Assembly (NCBI GenBank): GCA_965197645.1
Contig: OZ240219.1
Coordinates: forward strand, 864,001-928,000
Direction: 5' to 3'
DNA: 64,000 nt
Source: Dehalococcoidia bacterium
GTDB taxonomy: Bacteria; Chloroflexota; Dehalococcoidia; Plut-88900
In this document: positions 9,990-19,692 of the stretch, piece after piece
How the letters are laid out: each line of letters begins with the position of its first letter
Numbering within the stretch: position 1 is the stretch's first letter
The notes under the pieces: model-generated
Databases searched by the model: none
Told to the model about the DNA's origin: nothing
What the model saw: the letters and a program-made list of their open reading frames with translations, nothing else
Position numbers and translations under genes: made by a program

Positions 9990-11192
9990 ATGACATTACC
10001 TCTGGAAGGCGTAAAGGTCCTCGATTTGACAAGAATGGCTCCCGGGCCCTTCTGCACCATGGTCCTCGGCGACCTGGGCGCCGACGTATTGAAGGTGGAG
10101 GAGGTAGGGCTTACGGGACGAAGGGCCGCCGTTCCCGGGGCACGGGAGGGGGCGGGGTGGCTGAACCGGACCGAGCAGGAGGCCGCCTACGACGCCACGG
10201 GTCGCAACAAGAGGAGCATCGCCCTGAACCTGAAGGACGATAAGGCCCGTGAGATTTTCTACAAGCTGGCAAAGGACACCGATGTCCTGATCGAGGAGTT
10301 CCGGCCCGGAGTCGTGAAGAGGCTGGGCGTGGACTACGATACCATCAAACAGCTCAACCCCAGCGTCATCTACTGCTCCGTCACTGGGTACGGACAGACC
10401 GGGCCCTACAAGGACATGGTGGGCCACGATCTGAACTACACCTCTACGGCCGGCGCGCAGGGCGCCATCGGCACGGCGGATGGCCAGCACGCTATACCCT
10501 GGAACCTGCTCGCCGACTACGCCGGAGGGGGCCTCACCACGGCCGTGGCGGTGCTGGGAGCGCTGGTGCATCGTCATGCTACGGGAGAGGGAAAATACGT
10601 CGATGTGGCGATGACCGACGGCGTGGTCTACCTGATGGCCACGATGTTCAGCGAAGCCCTGCAGAACGGGTCTAAACTCGAGCTGGGCAAGGGCAACCTG
10701 GCCGGAGGAGACCCTCGATACAACGTGTACAGGACCAAAGACGGCAAGTACATCAGCATCGCCAGCCTGGAGCCCTGGTTCTACCAGACCCTCTGCAGGG
10801 TGATGGGCCTGGAGAAACTGGAATCGTTTATCTCCACGGGCCAGGAGGACGAACGGGTGCACAAGGCCTTCGAGGAGGCGTTCAAGACGAAGACTAGGGA
10901 CGAGTGGTTCGACATCCTGGCCGAAGAGGATACCTGCGTAGGACGGGTGTACTCCCTGGACGAGGTGCCCTCGGACCCGCAGGTGAAAGCCCGCGAAATG
11001 ATCGTCGATATGGACCACCCTTCGATGGGGAAGGTCCAGCAGGTGGGCGTGCCCTTCAAGTACGCCGGCGATTCCCTGGCCCCGAGAAGCTTTTCGCCCA
11101 TGCACGGCCAGCACACCCTGGAGGTCCTGGCCGACCTGGGTTACACCGGTGAGGAGATAGAGTCCCTCAAGGAATCGGGCGCCGTAAAGTAA
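9990..11192 (+). CDS. CaiB/BaiF CoA transferase (alpha-methylacyl-CoA racemase-like)
   Basis: LEGVKVLDLTRMAPGP, GHDLNY and LLADYAGGG (racemase-type motifs). Confidence 0.9.
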   Translation: MTLPLEGVKVLDLTRMAPGPFCTMVLGDLGADVLKVEEVGLTGRRAAVPGAREGAGWLNRTEQEAAYDATGRNKRSIALNLKDDKAREIFYKLAKDTDVLIEEFRPGVVKRLGVDYDTIKQLNPSVIYCSVTGYGQTGPYKDMVGHDLNYTSTAGAQGAIGTADGQHAIPWNLLADYAGGGLTTAVAVLGALVHRHATGEGKYVDVAMTDGVVYLMATMFSEALQNGSKLELGKGNLAGGDPRYNVYRTKDGKYISIASLEPWFYQTLCRVMGLEKLESFISTGQEDERVHKAFEEAFKTKTRDEWFDILAEEDTCVGRVYSLDEVPSDPQVKAREMIVDMDHPSMGKVQQVGVPFKYAGDSLAPRSFSPMHGQHTLEVLADLGYTGEEIESLKESGAVK

Positions 11193-11194
11193 GG

Positions 11195-11590
11195 CTAGCG
11201 GGGTGCTGAAAAACCCTTTAACGACCATCCCCCTGGCCCCCTTCCTGGCAGGAAGGGGGTAAAGAAAATGGGATAATTTCTGAGGGACACCCCTCGGCGG
11301 GCTCAGGGCAGGCTCTCAGACTCCCGGCAGAGGGGCACAGCCCCTCTGTGCAGCCCCTGTTCCATCAGGCTGCTAGCCACCTGGGGCGGAATCCCCTTTC
11401 TGACCCACAAGAAAGGAAGAAATCGTATCTGAGGGACACGCCTCAGCGGCCCCAGGGCAGGCTCTCATACTCCCCGCAAAGGAGGATTCCTCGACGGACT
11501 CGGAATGACCTGACCACGAGCACCCTATAGCTCAGGCTCCCAGCAGGCAGTCCCAGGCAAAGGGGCTTAGCGCATCTACACACCCCTAGC
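11195..11590. repeat. MITE/REP-like palindromic element (11195-11376) followed by a degenerate second copy
   Basis: CTAG at both ends with imperfect IRs (CTAGCGGGGTGCTGAAAAA / TGTTCCATCAGGCTGCTAG). The internal unit CTGAGGGACAC...CAGGGCAGGCTCTCA occurs at about 11280 and 11429, with a related copy at about 47556. Confidence 0.65.
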
Positions 11591-11601
11591 TCGTCAGCCG
11601 T

Positions 11602-12540
11602 TTAGGGGTCCAGAACGTTTATGGGAGCGCCTTCCAGGTAGGCCCTGACCACGTTGACGGCGATCTGGAGCATGTTGCGCTTGGCGCCGGGAGTGTCGTA
11701 GGCGACGTGGGGAGTCAGGACGGTGTTGTCCAACTCTGCGAGGGGGTCGCTGGTAACGGGCTCGTTGGCGTATACGTCGGTGGCGAAGCCGGCGATACGG
11801 CCGTCCCTCAGCACTTCCAGCAGCGCCTCCTGGTCCACTACCGGCCCCCGCGAGACGTTTATCAGGTAGGCGTCCTTTCTCATCAGGCTTAGCTCGTGAG
11901 AACCGACGATACCCCTGGTGTTGTCGTTCAGCACCGGCGCACACTGGATGTAGTCGGATGAGGACATCAGCTCGTCCATGGAGACGAAGGTCAAGTTGTG
12001 CGCCTTGGCCCGTTCGTCAGAGGGCCGTTTCGTGTAGCAGAGCACCTTCATCCCCAGGGCGTTGCCGATGGCCGCCAGCTCCGCACCCAGGCCGCCCAGG
12101 CCTATGATCCCCAAGGTGGCGCCTCTAATCTCCGTGCCTTCGAAGTCGGCCCATTCGCCCCGGCGCATCGACCTGTCGGCCTGGACCACGTGCCGGGCGA
12201 GATCGAACATCAACGCGATGCCGTGCTCGGCCACCGCCAGGTCGCCGTAGTGGGGCGTGTTGCAGATTGTTATTCCCTTGGAGCGGGCGTTCTTCATGTC
12301 CAGCTGGCTCTCGGGGCCGATACCCATGTAGACGACCATCTCGAGCTTGCTGAGCTGGTCCAGCATTTCGTTGGAGATGTTGACCCAGCCCCACACCATC
12401 AGCTCGGTGTCACGGCAGCGGTCCAGGAAAACGTCGTCGCTTGGGGCATCGTAGTAGTACTCGGCGCGGGCGATGTCCGCCAAGGGGTCTTCGGCGAGAG
12501 GCTCGAACCCTGCGATGTCTGCAAATACGACCTTCTTCAT
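11602..12540 (-). CDS. D-isomer-specific 2-hydroxyacid dehydrogenase
   Basis: GIIGLGGLG Rossmann motif, LINVSRGPVVD, DVYANEP and LTPHVA. Confidence 0.92.
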   Translation of the reverse strand: MKKVVFADIAGFEPLAEDPLADIARAEYYYDAPSDDVFLDRCRDTELMVWGWVNISNEMLDQLSKLEMVVYMGIGPESQLDMKNARSKGITICNTPHYGDLAVAEHGIALMFDLARHVVQADRSMRRGEWADFEGTEIRGATLGIIGLGGLGAELAAIGNALGMKVLCYTKRPSDERAKAHNLTFVSMDELMSSSDYIQCAPVLNDNTRGIVGSHELSLMRKDAYLINVSRGPVVDQEALLEVLRDGRIAGFATDVYANEPVTSDPLAELDNTVLTPHVAYDTPGAKRNMLQIAVNVVRAYLEGAPINVLDP

Positions 12541-12665
12541 AGAGATTGCCTCCCGGTTGTCGTGGATGGTGTAACGACGCCTGCCGCGCATTGTAATACT
12601 ACCCGGGACATTACGGAACACCCCGACGGGTTAGTCGATTACGAGGGTGACGGGGTAGTTGTCGG

Positions 12666-13667
12666 CTAGGCCTGCCACCGGTGGACGCTGCGGAACAGGA
12701 ACCACCCACTGCCCAGCACCACCACGCTCAGGTAGTTTATCGTACGGTCCAGAAGGGCGATGGACACCGCGTGTTCCCAGGGCAGTGCCGTAGCCAGAAG
12801 CCCGGTCATGCTGGCTTCGACCAGCCCCAGGCCGCCAGGCGTGATGGGAAAGCTGGTAATCAGGGATGCGGCCAGCGCCACGAACAGGACCAGCGCCAAG
12901 TCCACCGAGTAATCCAGTGCCTCGACTACCATGTACAACCGGACCGACTCGCAGGCCCAGATTCCTATACTCAGGACCGTCAGCCACGGCCAACGTCGAA
13001 AGCTCTTCAGGGTGCCGTGCCTGAAGTCAGCGTAGCCGGACCTGAACCTGGCCGGAACGAATCGCCTTGGGTTCACTCCGGAGGCGGCAAGGATGAGGGC
13101 GATGCCGGCCAGAAGAGCGCAGGCGATGAGTGCGGAAAGCAGGACGGGCCCGGCTATCGGAGCGGCTGGGGTGCTCAACAGGGCCAGGGCTGTGACCAGC
13201 ATGAAGGCGAAGGTGAGTATGGTATCGATGATCCGCTCGCTGAGCAGGCTCCCGGCTATCAGGGCGAAGCTGCTTCCCGAGTCGCGGGACACGTGGTAGC
13301 AGCGATAGACGAACCCCATCCTGAAAACGGTGACGGAGTTGACGAACCATCCCAGGAAGGAGAGCTCGGAGAGGCGGGTCACCGGCACGTTCGGCGAACC
13401 GACGTTCTCCAGCAGGTGGCGCCAGCGCAGCCCCCTCAGGGGAAAGATCAGGTAGTAGCTGAGGAAGGCGAGCCCGTACCACAGAATGTTGTTTCCGCCC
13501 ACCCGGTCCCATGTGGAGGAGAAATCGAAATCAAACTTGGCTACCAGGAAGTAGACCAGGGAGACTGCAACCGCTACGGAAAAGAGGTTGGGGATGTTGA
13601 GGACACGACGCCTGAGAGAAGCTCCCTTGTCCGGCTCCTCTTGTAGACTGGGAGAGGATGTGATCAT
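12666..13667 (-). CDS. Lysylphosphatidylglycerol synthase TM / flippase-like (UPF0104) membrane protein
   Basis: RGLRWRHLL, ERIID, TPGGLGLVE and LLDR motifs. Confidence 0.85.
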   Translation of the reverse strand: MITSSPSLQEEPDKGASLRRRVLNIPNLFSVAVAVSLVYFLVAKFDFDFSSTWDRVGGNNILWYGLAFLSYYLIFPLRGLRWRHLLENVGSPNVPVTRLSELSFLGWFVNSVTVFRMGFVYRCYHVSRDSGSSFALIAGSLLSERIIDTILTFAFMLVTALALLSTPAAPIAGPVLLSALIACALLAGIALILAASGVNPRRFVPARFRSGYADFRHGTLKSFRRWPWLTVLSIGIWACESVRLYMVVEALDYSVDLALVLFVALAASLITSFPITPGGLGLVEASMTGLLATALPWEHAVSIALLDRTINYLSVVVLGSGWFLFRSVHRWQA

Positions 13668-13684
13668 GTGCCTTTGATTCGGCT

Positions 13685-14410
13685 TTACAAGGGGTGTCGG
13701 AGCGGTACGCCCGGTCTTCTAGGATATTCTAAGGGTGTTGGCAAGGTCTTGGACACGACTATCAGCTTGCGATCCGGTCCCAGGCCTTCCAGATCGACCT
13801 GTAGGACTCTCTCCAATTCTCCCCCAAGCTTCGATAGGGCGTTGGCCGGTCCGCCCGGCTCATCCGCGTACGAGGCGTCCTTTTGCAGGACCACCCTGCC
13901 GCCTACCTTGCTGAAAGGAAGCGTAAGCTCCAGCAGTGTTCTCAGGTTGGCGACGGACCTGCCGACCACCAGGTCGAAGGTCTCTCGATAGACCGGCTCG
14001 TGGGCCAGGGTCTCGGCGCGTGCAGTGACTACGTGTACCCGGTCCAGCTCCAGGGTTTCGATCAGCTGCTCCAGGAACTTCGTCTTCTTTCCAATCGAGT
14101 CCAGCAGGGATAGATGGACAGGGGGGAAAGCTATCTTCAGGGGGACGCCGGGGAAGCCCGCCCCACTGCCCACGTCGAGCACCCTCAGGCCCGAGATGTC
14201 GCCGTTGGGGAAGGCGCGGATGAGGGAAAGGGAGTCCAGGAAGTGTTTCACCTGCACGTCTTCCCGGTCCACGATGCGGGTAAGGTTCGTTGTCCGGTTC
14301 CACTCGATGAGCAGGCGATGGTAGGACTCGAACTGGGAGATCTGGCTATCGTTCAGCCGGAGGCCCAGGGCCTGGGCGCCTCGCACCAGCGTCTGCATAT
14401 CGGTCATCAT
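13685..14410 (-). CDS. rsmG: 16S rRNA m7G527 methyltransferase
   Basis: WN..TNLTRI, HFLDSL, DVGSGAGFPG and YPRRPGVP motifs. Confidence 0.96.
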   Translation of the reverse strand: MMTDMQTLVRGAQALGLRLNDSQISQFESYHRLLIEWNRTTNLTRIVDREDVQVKHFLDSLSLIRAFPNGDISGLRVLDVGSGAGFPGVPLKIAFPPVHLSLLDSIGKKTKFLEQLIETLELDRVHVVTARAETLAHEPVYRETFDLVVGRSVANLRTLLELTLPFSKVGGRVVLQKDASYADEPGGPANALSKLGGELERVLQVDLEGLGPDRKLIVVSKTLPTPLEYPRRPGVPLRHPL

Positions 14411-14548
14411 CCTACGCCCATGGTCGACCCGTTGAAAGCGGAGCGGTTCATTGACACCCTTTTGTACCCAGGAATAGAATAGGCACGCCGCAGAAGATTC
14501 GTTTTATCACACCATTTTTGTATCGGCAACGTTGAAGGGGGTTGGCGC

Positions 14549-14788
14549 ATGGCAACCAAGGCTTTCGTCCTGATCGAGACGTCCGTAGGCAAGACACGGG
14601 AGGTTGTGGAGGCGATGAAGGCGGTTTCCGGGGTGGTCTCCGTCGATGCGGTCACCGGCCCCTACGACATCATCGCCGTGCTGGAGGCCGACGATCTCAA
14701 CACTATCGGCGAGTTGGTCACCAACAAGGTACACACCGTGGGCAGCGTAGTGAGGACGGTAACCTGCCTGGCGGTGTCCCTGCCCTAG
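14549..14788 (+). CDS. Lrp/AsnC ligand-binding domain protein
   Basis: AFVLI and VTGPYDIIA motifs; 79 aa. Confidence 0.88.
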   Translation: MATKAFVLIETSVGKTREVVEAMKAVSGVVSVDAVTGPYDIIAVLEADDLNTIGELVTNKVHTVGSVVRTVTCLAVSLP

Positions 14789-14804
14789 AATCCAGAGAGC
14801 AGTC

Positions 14805-15803
14805 ATGATTCAAGCGCATTGGACTGAAAACGGGATCGAAGTAGTAGACACCGAGCCGCGTCCGCTAAAGGACGACTGGGTCCGCCTCAAGGTAGCCGTC
14901 TGCGGGATATGCGGGTCCGATCTTCACGCCTATCGAGGCCACGAAACCGCGACGCTAGGCATGGTGCCGGGCCACGAGATGGTCGGCACGGTGGAAGACG
15001 GCGGGAAGGGGCTGTCGGACAGCCTGTACGCCGTTGAACCCATCCTCTTCTGTGGCCAGTGCGATTTCTGCGCCAACGGCCAGCGACAGCTCTGCCGGGA
15101 GCACGGTCTCCTGGGTTACGTCTCGCCCGGTGGGTTCGCCGAATACGTCAATCTTCCCCGGTACACTCTGCACCCCGTCGACCCCTCGATATCTCCGCTG
15201 ACGGCCTCCATCGTAGAGCCGCTGGCGTGCGGGTACCGGGGAGTGCAGCTGGGTAGGCTGGAGCTGGACAGCCGAGTTCTGGTACAGGGGGCGGGCACCA
15301 TTGGTCTCGTCACGGCTCTCCTGGCCAGGGACAGGGCCCACGAGGTGGCGATCACCACCCGATATCCTCACCAGGTAGAGGCGGCGAAGAAGCTGAGACT
15401 GCTTCCCCTGGGTGAGAACGATTGGGAGGACTGGGCCGCCGACCGGGAGCCCGACGTGGTAATCGAGACCGTGGGCGGAGCGGCGGATACGATAAACGAG
15501 GCCATCAAGGCCTGCCGCCGCGGGGGTCGAGTTGTCGTGGTGGGCATCTTCACCGAGCCTTCCTCCATAGACTCGCTGGCCCTGGTGGTAAAAGAAGTGG
15601 ACATCATCGGGTCCAGCATGTACGGTCGGGGCGTACGAGGGTCGGAGTTCGGCGGGACCGTCGAGCTGCTGACCCGTTACGGGGGCGAGTTCGACGGCAT
15701 GCTCACCCATCAGTTCCCGCTGGACTCGATCAAGGACGCCTTCGCCTGCGCCAACGACAAGTCGTCCCAATCCATCAAGGTCACCGTGGTGTCGGCTGAT
15801 TGA
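14805..15803 (+). CDS. Zinc-dependent alcohol/sugar dehydrogenase (MDR family)
   Basis: CGICGSDLH, GHE, C-x2-C-x2-C-x7-C and GAGTIG motifs. Confidence 0.92.
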   Translation: MIQAHWTENGIEVVDTEPRPLKDDWVRLKVAVCGICGSDLHAYRGHETATLGMVPGHEMVGTVEDGGKGLSDSLYAVEPILFCGQCDFCANGQRQLCREHGLLGYVSPGGFAEYVNLPRYTLHPVDPSISPLTASIVEPLACGYRGVQLGRLELDSRVLVQGAGTIGLVTALLARDRAHEVAITTRYPHQVEAAKKLRLLPLGENDWEDWAADREPDVVIETVGGAADTINEAIKACRRGGRVVVVGIFTEPSSIDSLALVVKEVDIIGSSMYGRGVRGSEFGGTVELLTRYGGEFDGMLTHQFPLDSIKDAFACANDKSSQSIKVTVVSAD

Positions 15804-15855
15804 CGCCCTGACATAGAGCGAATTTCGAACCCTAGGCAACTGAAGGGAAAGCCCC

Positions 15856-17031
15856 ATGGAGTTTCAGTTCACTCCCGAAGAAGAATCGTTCCGTAGAGAG
15901 CTTAAAGAGTTCTTTGCTAACGAGAAGCCGGAGGGGTGGGACGATCTCCAGCCCGACATCTACGCCGAAGGCAAGCTCGAAGCGCAGATGCGGGACAAGC
16001 TGGGCCAGCGGGGCTGGCGCACCATGGCGTGGCCGAAGGAGTACGGCGGCCGGGACGCTTCCACCATGATGCAGCTCATCTTCCACGAAGAGCTCACCTA
16101 CAATGAGGGCAGAAGGATAGAGGACCAGGGCACCGATTTCATTGGCCCCACCATCATTCTCCACGGCTCCGACGAGCAGAAACAGCAGCACCTCAACGGA
16201 ATCTCAACGGGCGCGGAGTTCTGGTGCCAGGGCTTCAGCGAGCCGGAGGCCGGCTCCGACCTGGCAGGTCTACAGACCAGGGCCGTCGAGGACGGGGACT
16301 ATTATGTGATCAACGGCCGCAAGATATGGACCAGCTACGCCCACCTGGCCAACTGGATGCACATCCTGACCCGCACCGACTCCGACGCTCCCAAACACAG
16401 GGGCATAACCTATTTCCTCCTGGACATGAGCACCCCCGGCATCAGCATTCGGCCCCTGATCACCATGGCCAACGAGCACACCTTCAACGAGGTCACCTTC
16501 GACGACGTACGGGTGCCCAAGGAGAACATGCTTGGCGAGAAGAACCGGGGCTGGTACGTCGCTATGGCCGCGCTGGACTATGAGAGATCGGGCGTGGAGT
16601 TTCCCGCCGCCGCCAGGAGATTGCTGGACCAGCTTGTAGAGTACGCCAAGGAGACCCGGGTCAACGGCGGCGGCCTGGCCGACGACCCCGCTGTTTCCGC
16701 CAAGCTGGCGGAACGGGCCGTCGAGATCGAGGTCAGCCGGCTCCTCTGCTACCGGATCGGCTGGATGCAGGGCAAGGGCATGGTCCCCAACCAGGAGGCC
16801 TCCATCGGTAAGCTTTTCGGCTCCGAAATGTCCCAGCGGCTGGCCCAGACGGGCATGGAGGTGCTGGGCCTGACCGGCCAGCTCCAGAGCGATTCCAAGT
16901 GGAACGTCTTGAAGGGCAAGGTGGAGAACTTCTACCTGAACTGCATCCCCATGACCATCTACTCCGGCACCTCAGAAGTCCAGAGAGGCATAATCGCCCG
17001 CCGCGGACTTGAACTGCCACGGGGCACCTAG
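15856..17031 (+). CDS. Acyl-CoA dehydrogenase (alpha-subunit type)
   Basis: WCQGFSEPEAGSDLA, INGRKIWTS, LDYER and GTSEVQR motifs. Confidence 0.93.
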   Translation: MEFQFTPEEESFRRELKEFFANEKPEGWDDLQPDIYAEGKLEAQMRDKLGQRGWRTMAWPKEYGGRDASTMMQLIFHEELTYNEGRRIEDQGTDFIGPTIILHGSDEQKQQHLNGISTGAEFWCQGFSEPEAGSDLAGLQTRAVEDGDYYVINGRKIWTSYAHLANWMHILTRTDSDAPKHRGITYFLLDMSTPGISIRPLITMANEHTFNEVTFDDVRVPKENMLGEKNRGWYVAMAALDYERSGVEFPAAARRLLDQLVEYAKETRVNGGGLADDPAVSAKLAERAVEIEVSRLLCYRIGWMQGKGMVPNQEASIGKLFGSEMSQRLAQTGMEVLGLTGQLQSDSKWNVLKGKVENFYLNCIPMTIYSGTSEVQRGIIARRGLELPRGT

Positions 17032-17102
17032 GCCGTTCATCAGGCCGGCGTCATAACCCGGTGTTCATCACGTGGATGCCGGTTCCCAGGCTACCTCGAC
17101 AG

Positions 17103-18488
17103 ATGCTAAGACTTGCGAAGCTCCGAATGGTCACCGTGCCCATTCTGGCGGTGAGCCTGCTGGTCTTGGCCTGCGGCGGCAAGGTTGATTCAGAGCCGAC
17201 CTCCACCCCTCGACCTTCACCCACACGCACTCCCACGGCCTCGCCTACCCCATCAGTGCCCGCGCCTATTCCAGCGGAGTTTTCGGGCATGCCCACCGGT
17301 TGGATCAGCCAGTTCGGCTCCCCATCGGTTGACCGGGGCGAGGGGATAGCCCTGGACAGCCGGGGCAACGCCTACGTAGTGGGCACCGTCGGTGGGGAGC
17401 TGCCCGGGCAGAGCAGTCAAGGCTCGCGGGACGCGTTTCTTCGAGTGTACGGCAGAGATGGAGCGGTGCTGACGACCCTGCAGTTCGGTACGCCGGAATC
17501 GGACATCGCCACGTCCGTCGCGTTGGACGGGGACGGTAACGTCTACTTGGCAGGGACAACGGCGGGCGCTCTAGGGAACCAGGGTCACTTCGGTGGCGAG
17601 GACGGGTTCATCCGGAAGCTGTCCTCCGATCTGACGGAGACGTGGACGGTACAGTTGGGGTCCAGCGAAGATGAGAAGGTCGGCGGGATAGCGGTGGACG
17701 GAGAGGGCAATGTTTACATGGCGGGCGGAACGGAAGGGGAACTCGCGGGAGTTTCCAGCTCGGGTGGAACGGATGCCTTCGTTGCAAAGCTCAGCCCCAA
17801 CGGTCAGCAGGTGTGGCTGGCCCAGTTCGGGTCCGGCGCGGACGACGAGGCCGCGGGCGTAGCTATAGATTCCTCAGGCAACGTGTACGTGGCGGGCCAG
17901 ACCAAGGGCAAGCTGCCCGGCCAGGATAGCGGGGGCCGTACCGACGTCTTTCTCCGAATATACGACCCGTCAGGTGGGGAGGTCTGGACCGTCCAGTTCG
18001 GAACCGTCGAGGACGACCGGGCTACGGGAGTGATTCTCGACTCCGACGGCAACGTATACGTGGTGGGGGTCACGGGTGGAGCGTTGCCCGGCCAGGAGAG
18101 CTCGGGTGACGACGATGGCTTCATTCGCAGGTACGATACCGAGGGACAGGAGGTCTGGACGGCCCAGCTTGGCTCCAACCGGGTTGACGAGATCATCGGC
18201 GTGGCGCTGATGCAGTCCCAGGCCATCTACGTGGCGGGCTGGACCATGGGCGTGGTAGAGGGAACCTCCAGCGCCATAGGCGGCGACGCTTTTCTCAGCA
18301 GGTATGACCTCACGGGGCAGGAGCAGTGGGTTGTTCAGCTCGTGACATCGGAGTTCGACTGGGCCACCGGCATAGCGGTCGATGCAGATGGGGAGATACT
18401 CGTGGTGGGCCGTACCAACAGCACCCTGCCCGGCCAAAGTAGGGCGGGCAGCACGGATGTGTTCGTCATCCAGCTGTTGGAAGAGTAG
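17103..18488 (+). CDS. SBBP-repeat beta-propeller lipoprotein
   Basis: Lipobox LVLAC, Pro/Thr linker and repeated IAVDxxGNVYVxGxTxG...DxFxxKy...W units. Confidence 0.85.
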   Translation: MLRLAKLRMVTVPILAVSLLVLACGGKVDSEPTSTPRPSPTRTPTASPTPSVPAPIPAEFSGMPTGWISQFGSPSVDRGEGIALDSRGNAYVVGTVGGELPGQSSQGSRDAFLRVYGRDGAVLTTLQFGTPESDIATSVALDGDGNVYLAGTTAGALGNQGHFGGEDGFIRKLSSDLTETWTVQLGSSEDEKVGGIAVDGEGNVYMAGGTEGELAGVSSSGGTDAFVAKLSPNGQQVWLAQFGSGADDEAAGVAIDSSGNVYVAGQTKGKLPGQDSGGRTDVFLRIYDPSGGEVWTVQFGTVEDDRATGVILDSDGNVYVVGVTGGALPGQESSGDDDGFIRRYDTEGQEVWTAQLGSNRVDEIIGVALMQSQAIYVAGWTMGVVEGTSSAIGGDAFLSRYDLTGQEQWVVQLVTSEFDWATGIAVDADGEILVVGRTNSTLPGQSRAGSTDVFVIQLLEE

Positions 18489-18502
18489 CCGTCTCCGGTC
18501 CG

Positions 18503-19648
18503 ATGGACTTCAGCCTTACCTCCGAAGAGAAAGTGTTCCGTACCGAGCTTCGGGCCTTCCTCGATGCTTCAATGTCGGCCATTCCCCAACCCCTGCCGGA
18601 CGAAGACTACTACCTGCTGGCCAGGAAGGTGCGCTCAGGTCTAGGCGACCGAGATTGGCTGACCCTGGGTTGGCCCGTTGATCATGGCGGTGACGAATCT
18701 CACGTAAAAGACCTGATACTGCTGGAGGAGATGGCCTATCACCTGGTCCCTCGTGCCAACGACTACGCCACACACCTTGCCGGCCGCCTGATCGGGTCCT
18801 ACGGCACCCAAGCCCAGGCTGACCGGCACTTGGCGGCCCTGGCCGGGGGCCGGGAGTGGTGGTCTACCGGCTTCACCGAGCCCCTGGCCGGGTCACATCT
18901 GTCCAACATCAAGACCAGGGCATTGGACAAGGGCGACCATTACATCGTCACCGGACAGAAGGATTACAGCCACTGGGCGCCGGACTCGGGCTGGTGCCTC
19001 CTGCTGGTCAGGACCGAGCCGGCAACAGAAGGGTCAGAGGGACTGAGTATGCTCCTCCTGGACATGGCCTCGCCCGGCCTGTTTCTCAACCCGGTGGAGT
19101 ACATGACGGGCCGCGTCTTCAGCGAGATCTTCCTCGACGAAGTGGTAGTCCCCAAACACAACCTGCTGGGTGAGGTTGGCCGGGGATGGCAGGTAGCAAC
19201 GGAGATTCTGGAGAGGAGCGGCCTCGGTATCGAGTACTTCGGCTGGGCCAGGAGAGCGCTGGAGCTGGCCAAAGGGTGTGCGCTGGACTTGGGCAGGGGC
19301 TCGCTTACCGACAGGAACAAGCTGGCAGAGGCCGCTATAGACATCGAGGTTAGCCGTCTGCTATCCTATCGCAACGCCTGGCTGCTCAGCCTGGACCGTC
19401 TCGGAAAGCACCATCCCTCCCTTTCGAAGACCTTCGGCGCGGAGATGTTCCAGCGGGTATCCAGGACGGCGATGGAGGTGGCGGGACTCCACTCTCAGGC
19501 CGGCGGCGCTACTAGCGATGATACGGCCATGGCGATCCGAGACCTCTACATCGAGGGACTGGCTGGTACTATACATGGGGGCAGCTCGGAGATCCATCGC
19601 AACCTGATTGCAACGACGGGCCTAGGTCTGCCGATGGCCGAACTGTAG
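18503..19648 (+). CDS. Acyl-CoA dehydrogenase (divergent alpha type)
   Basis: GFTEPLAGSHL, TGQK and GGSSEIHRN motifs. Confidence 0.88.
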   Translation: MDFSLTSEEKVFRTELRAFLDASMSAIPQPLPDEDYYLLARKVRSGLGDRDWLTLGWPVDHGGDESHVKDLILLEEMAYHLVPRANDYATHLAGRLIGSYGTQAQADRHLAALAGGREWWSTGFTEPLAGSHLSNIKTRALDKGDHYIVTGQKDYSHWAPDSGWCLLLVRTEPATEGSEGLSMLLLDMASPGLFLNPVEYMTGRVFSEIFLDEVVVPKHNLLGEVGRGWQVATEILERSGLGIEYFGWARRALELAKGCALDLGRGSLTDRNKLAEAAIDIEVSRLLSYRNAWLLSLDRLGKHHPSLSKTFGAEMFQRVSRTAMEVAGLHSQAGGATSDDTAMAIRDLYIEGLAGTIHGGSSEIHRNLIATTGLGLPMAEL

Positions 19649-19692
19649 GGGGCCGTCTAGCTGACGCCCCCGGAGCTGGGAAGGAGCCCAAC

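Noticed and set aside
11195-11590. CRISPR array
   Set aside because: The repeats are few, degenerate and irregularly spaced; no cas genes are present.
17300-18480. Tandem DNA repeats
   Set aside because: These are protein-level SBBP blade repeats within a CDS.
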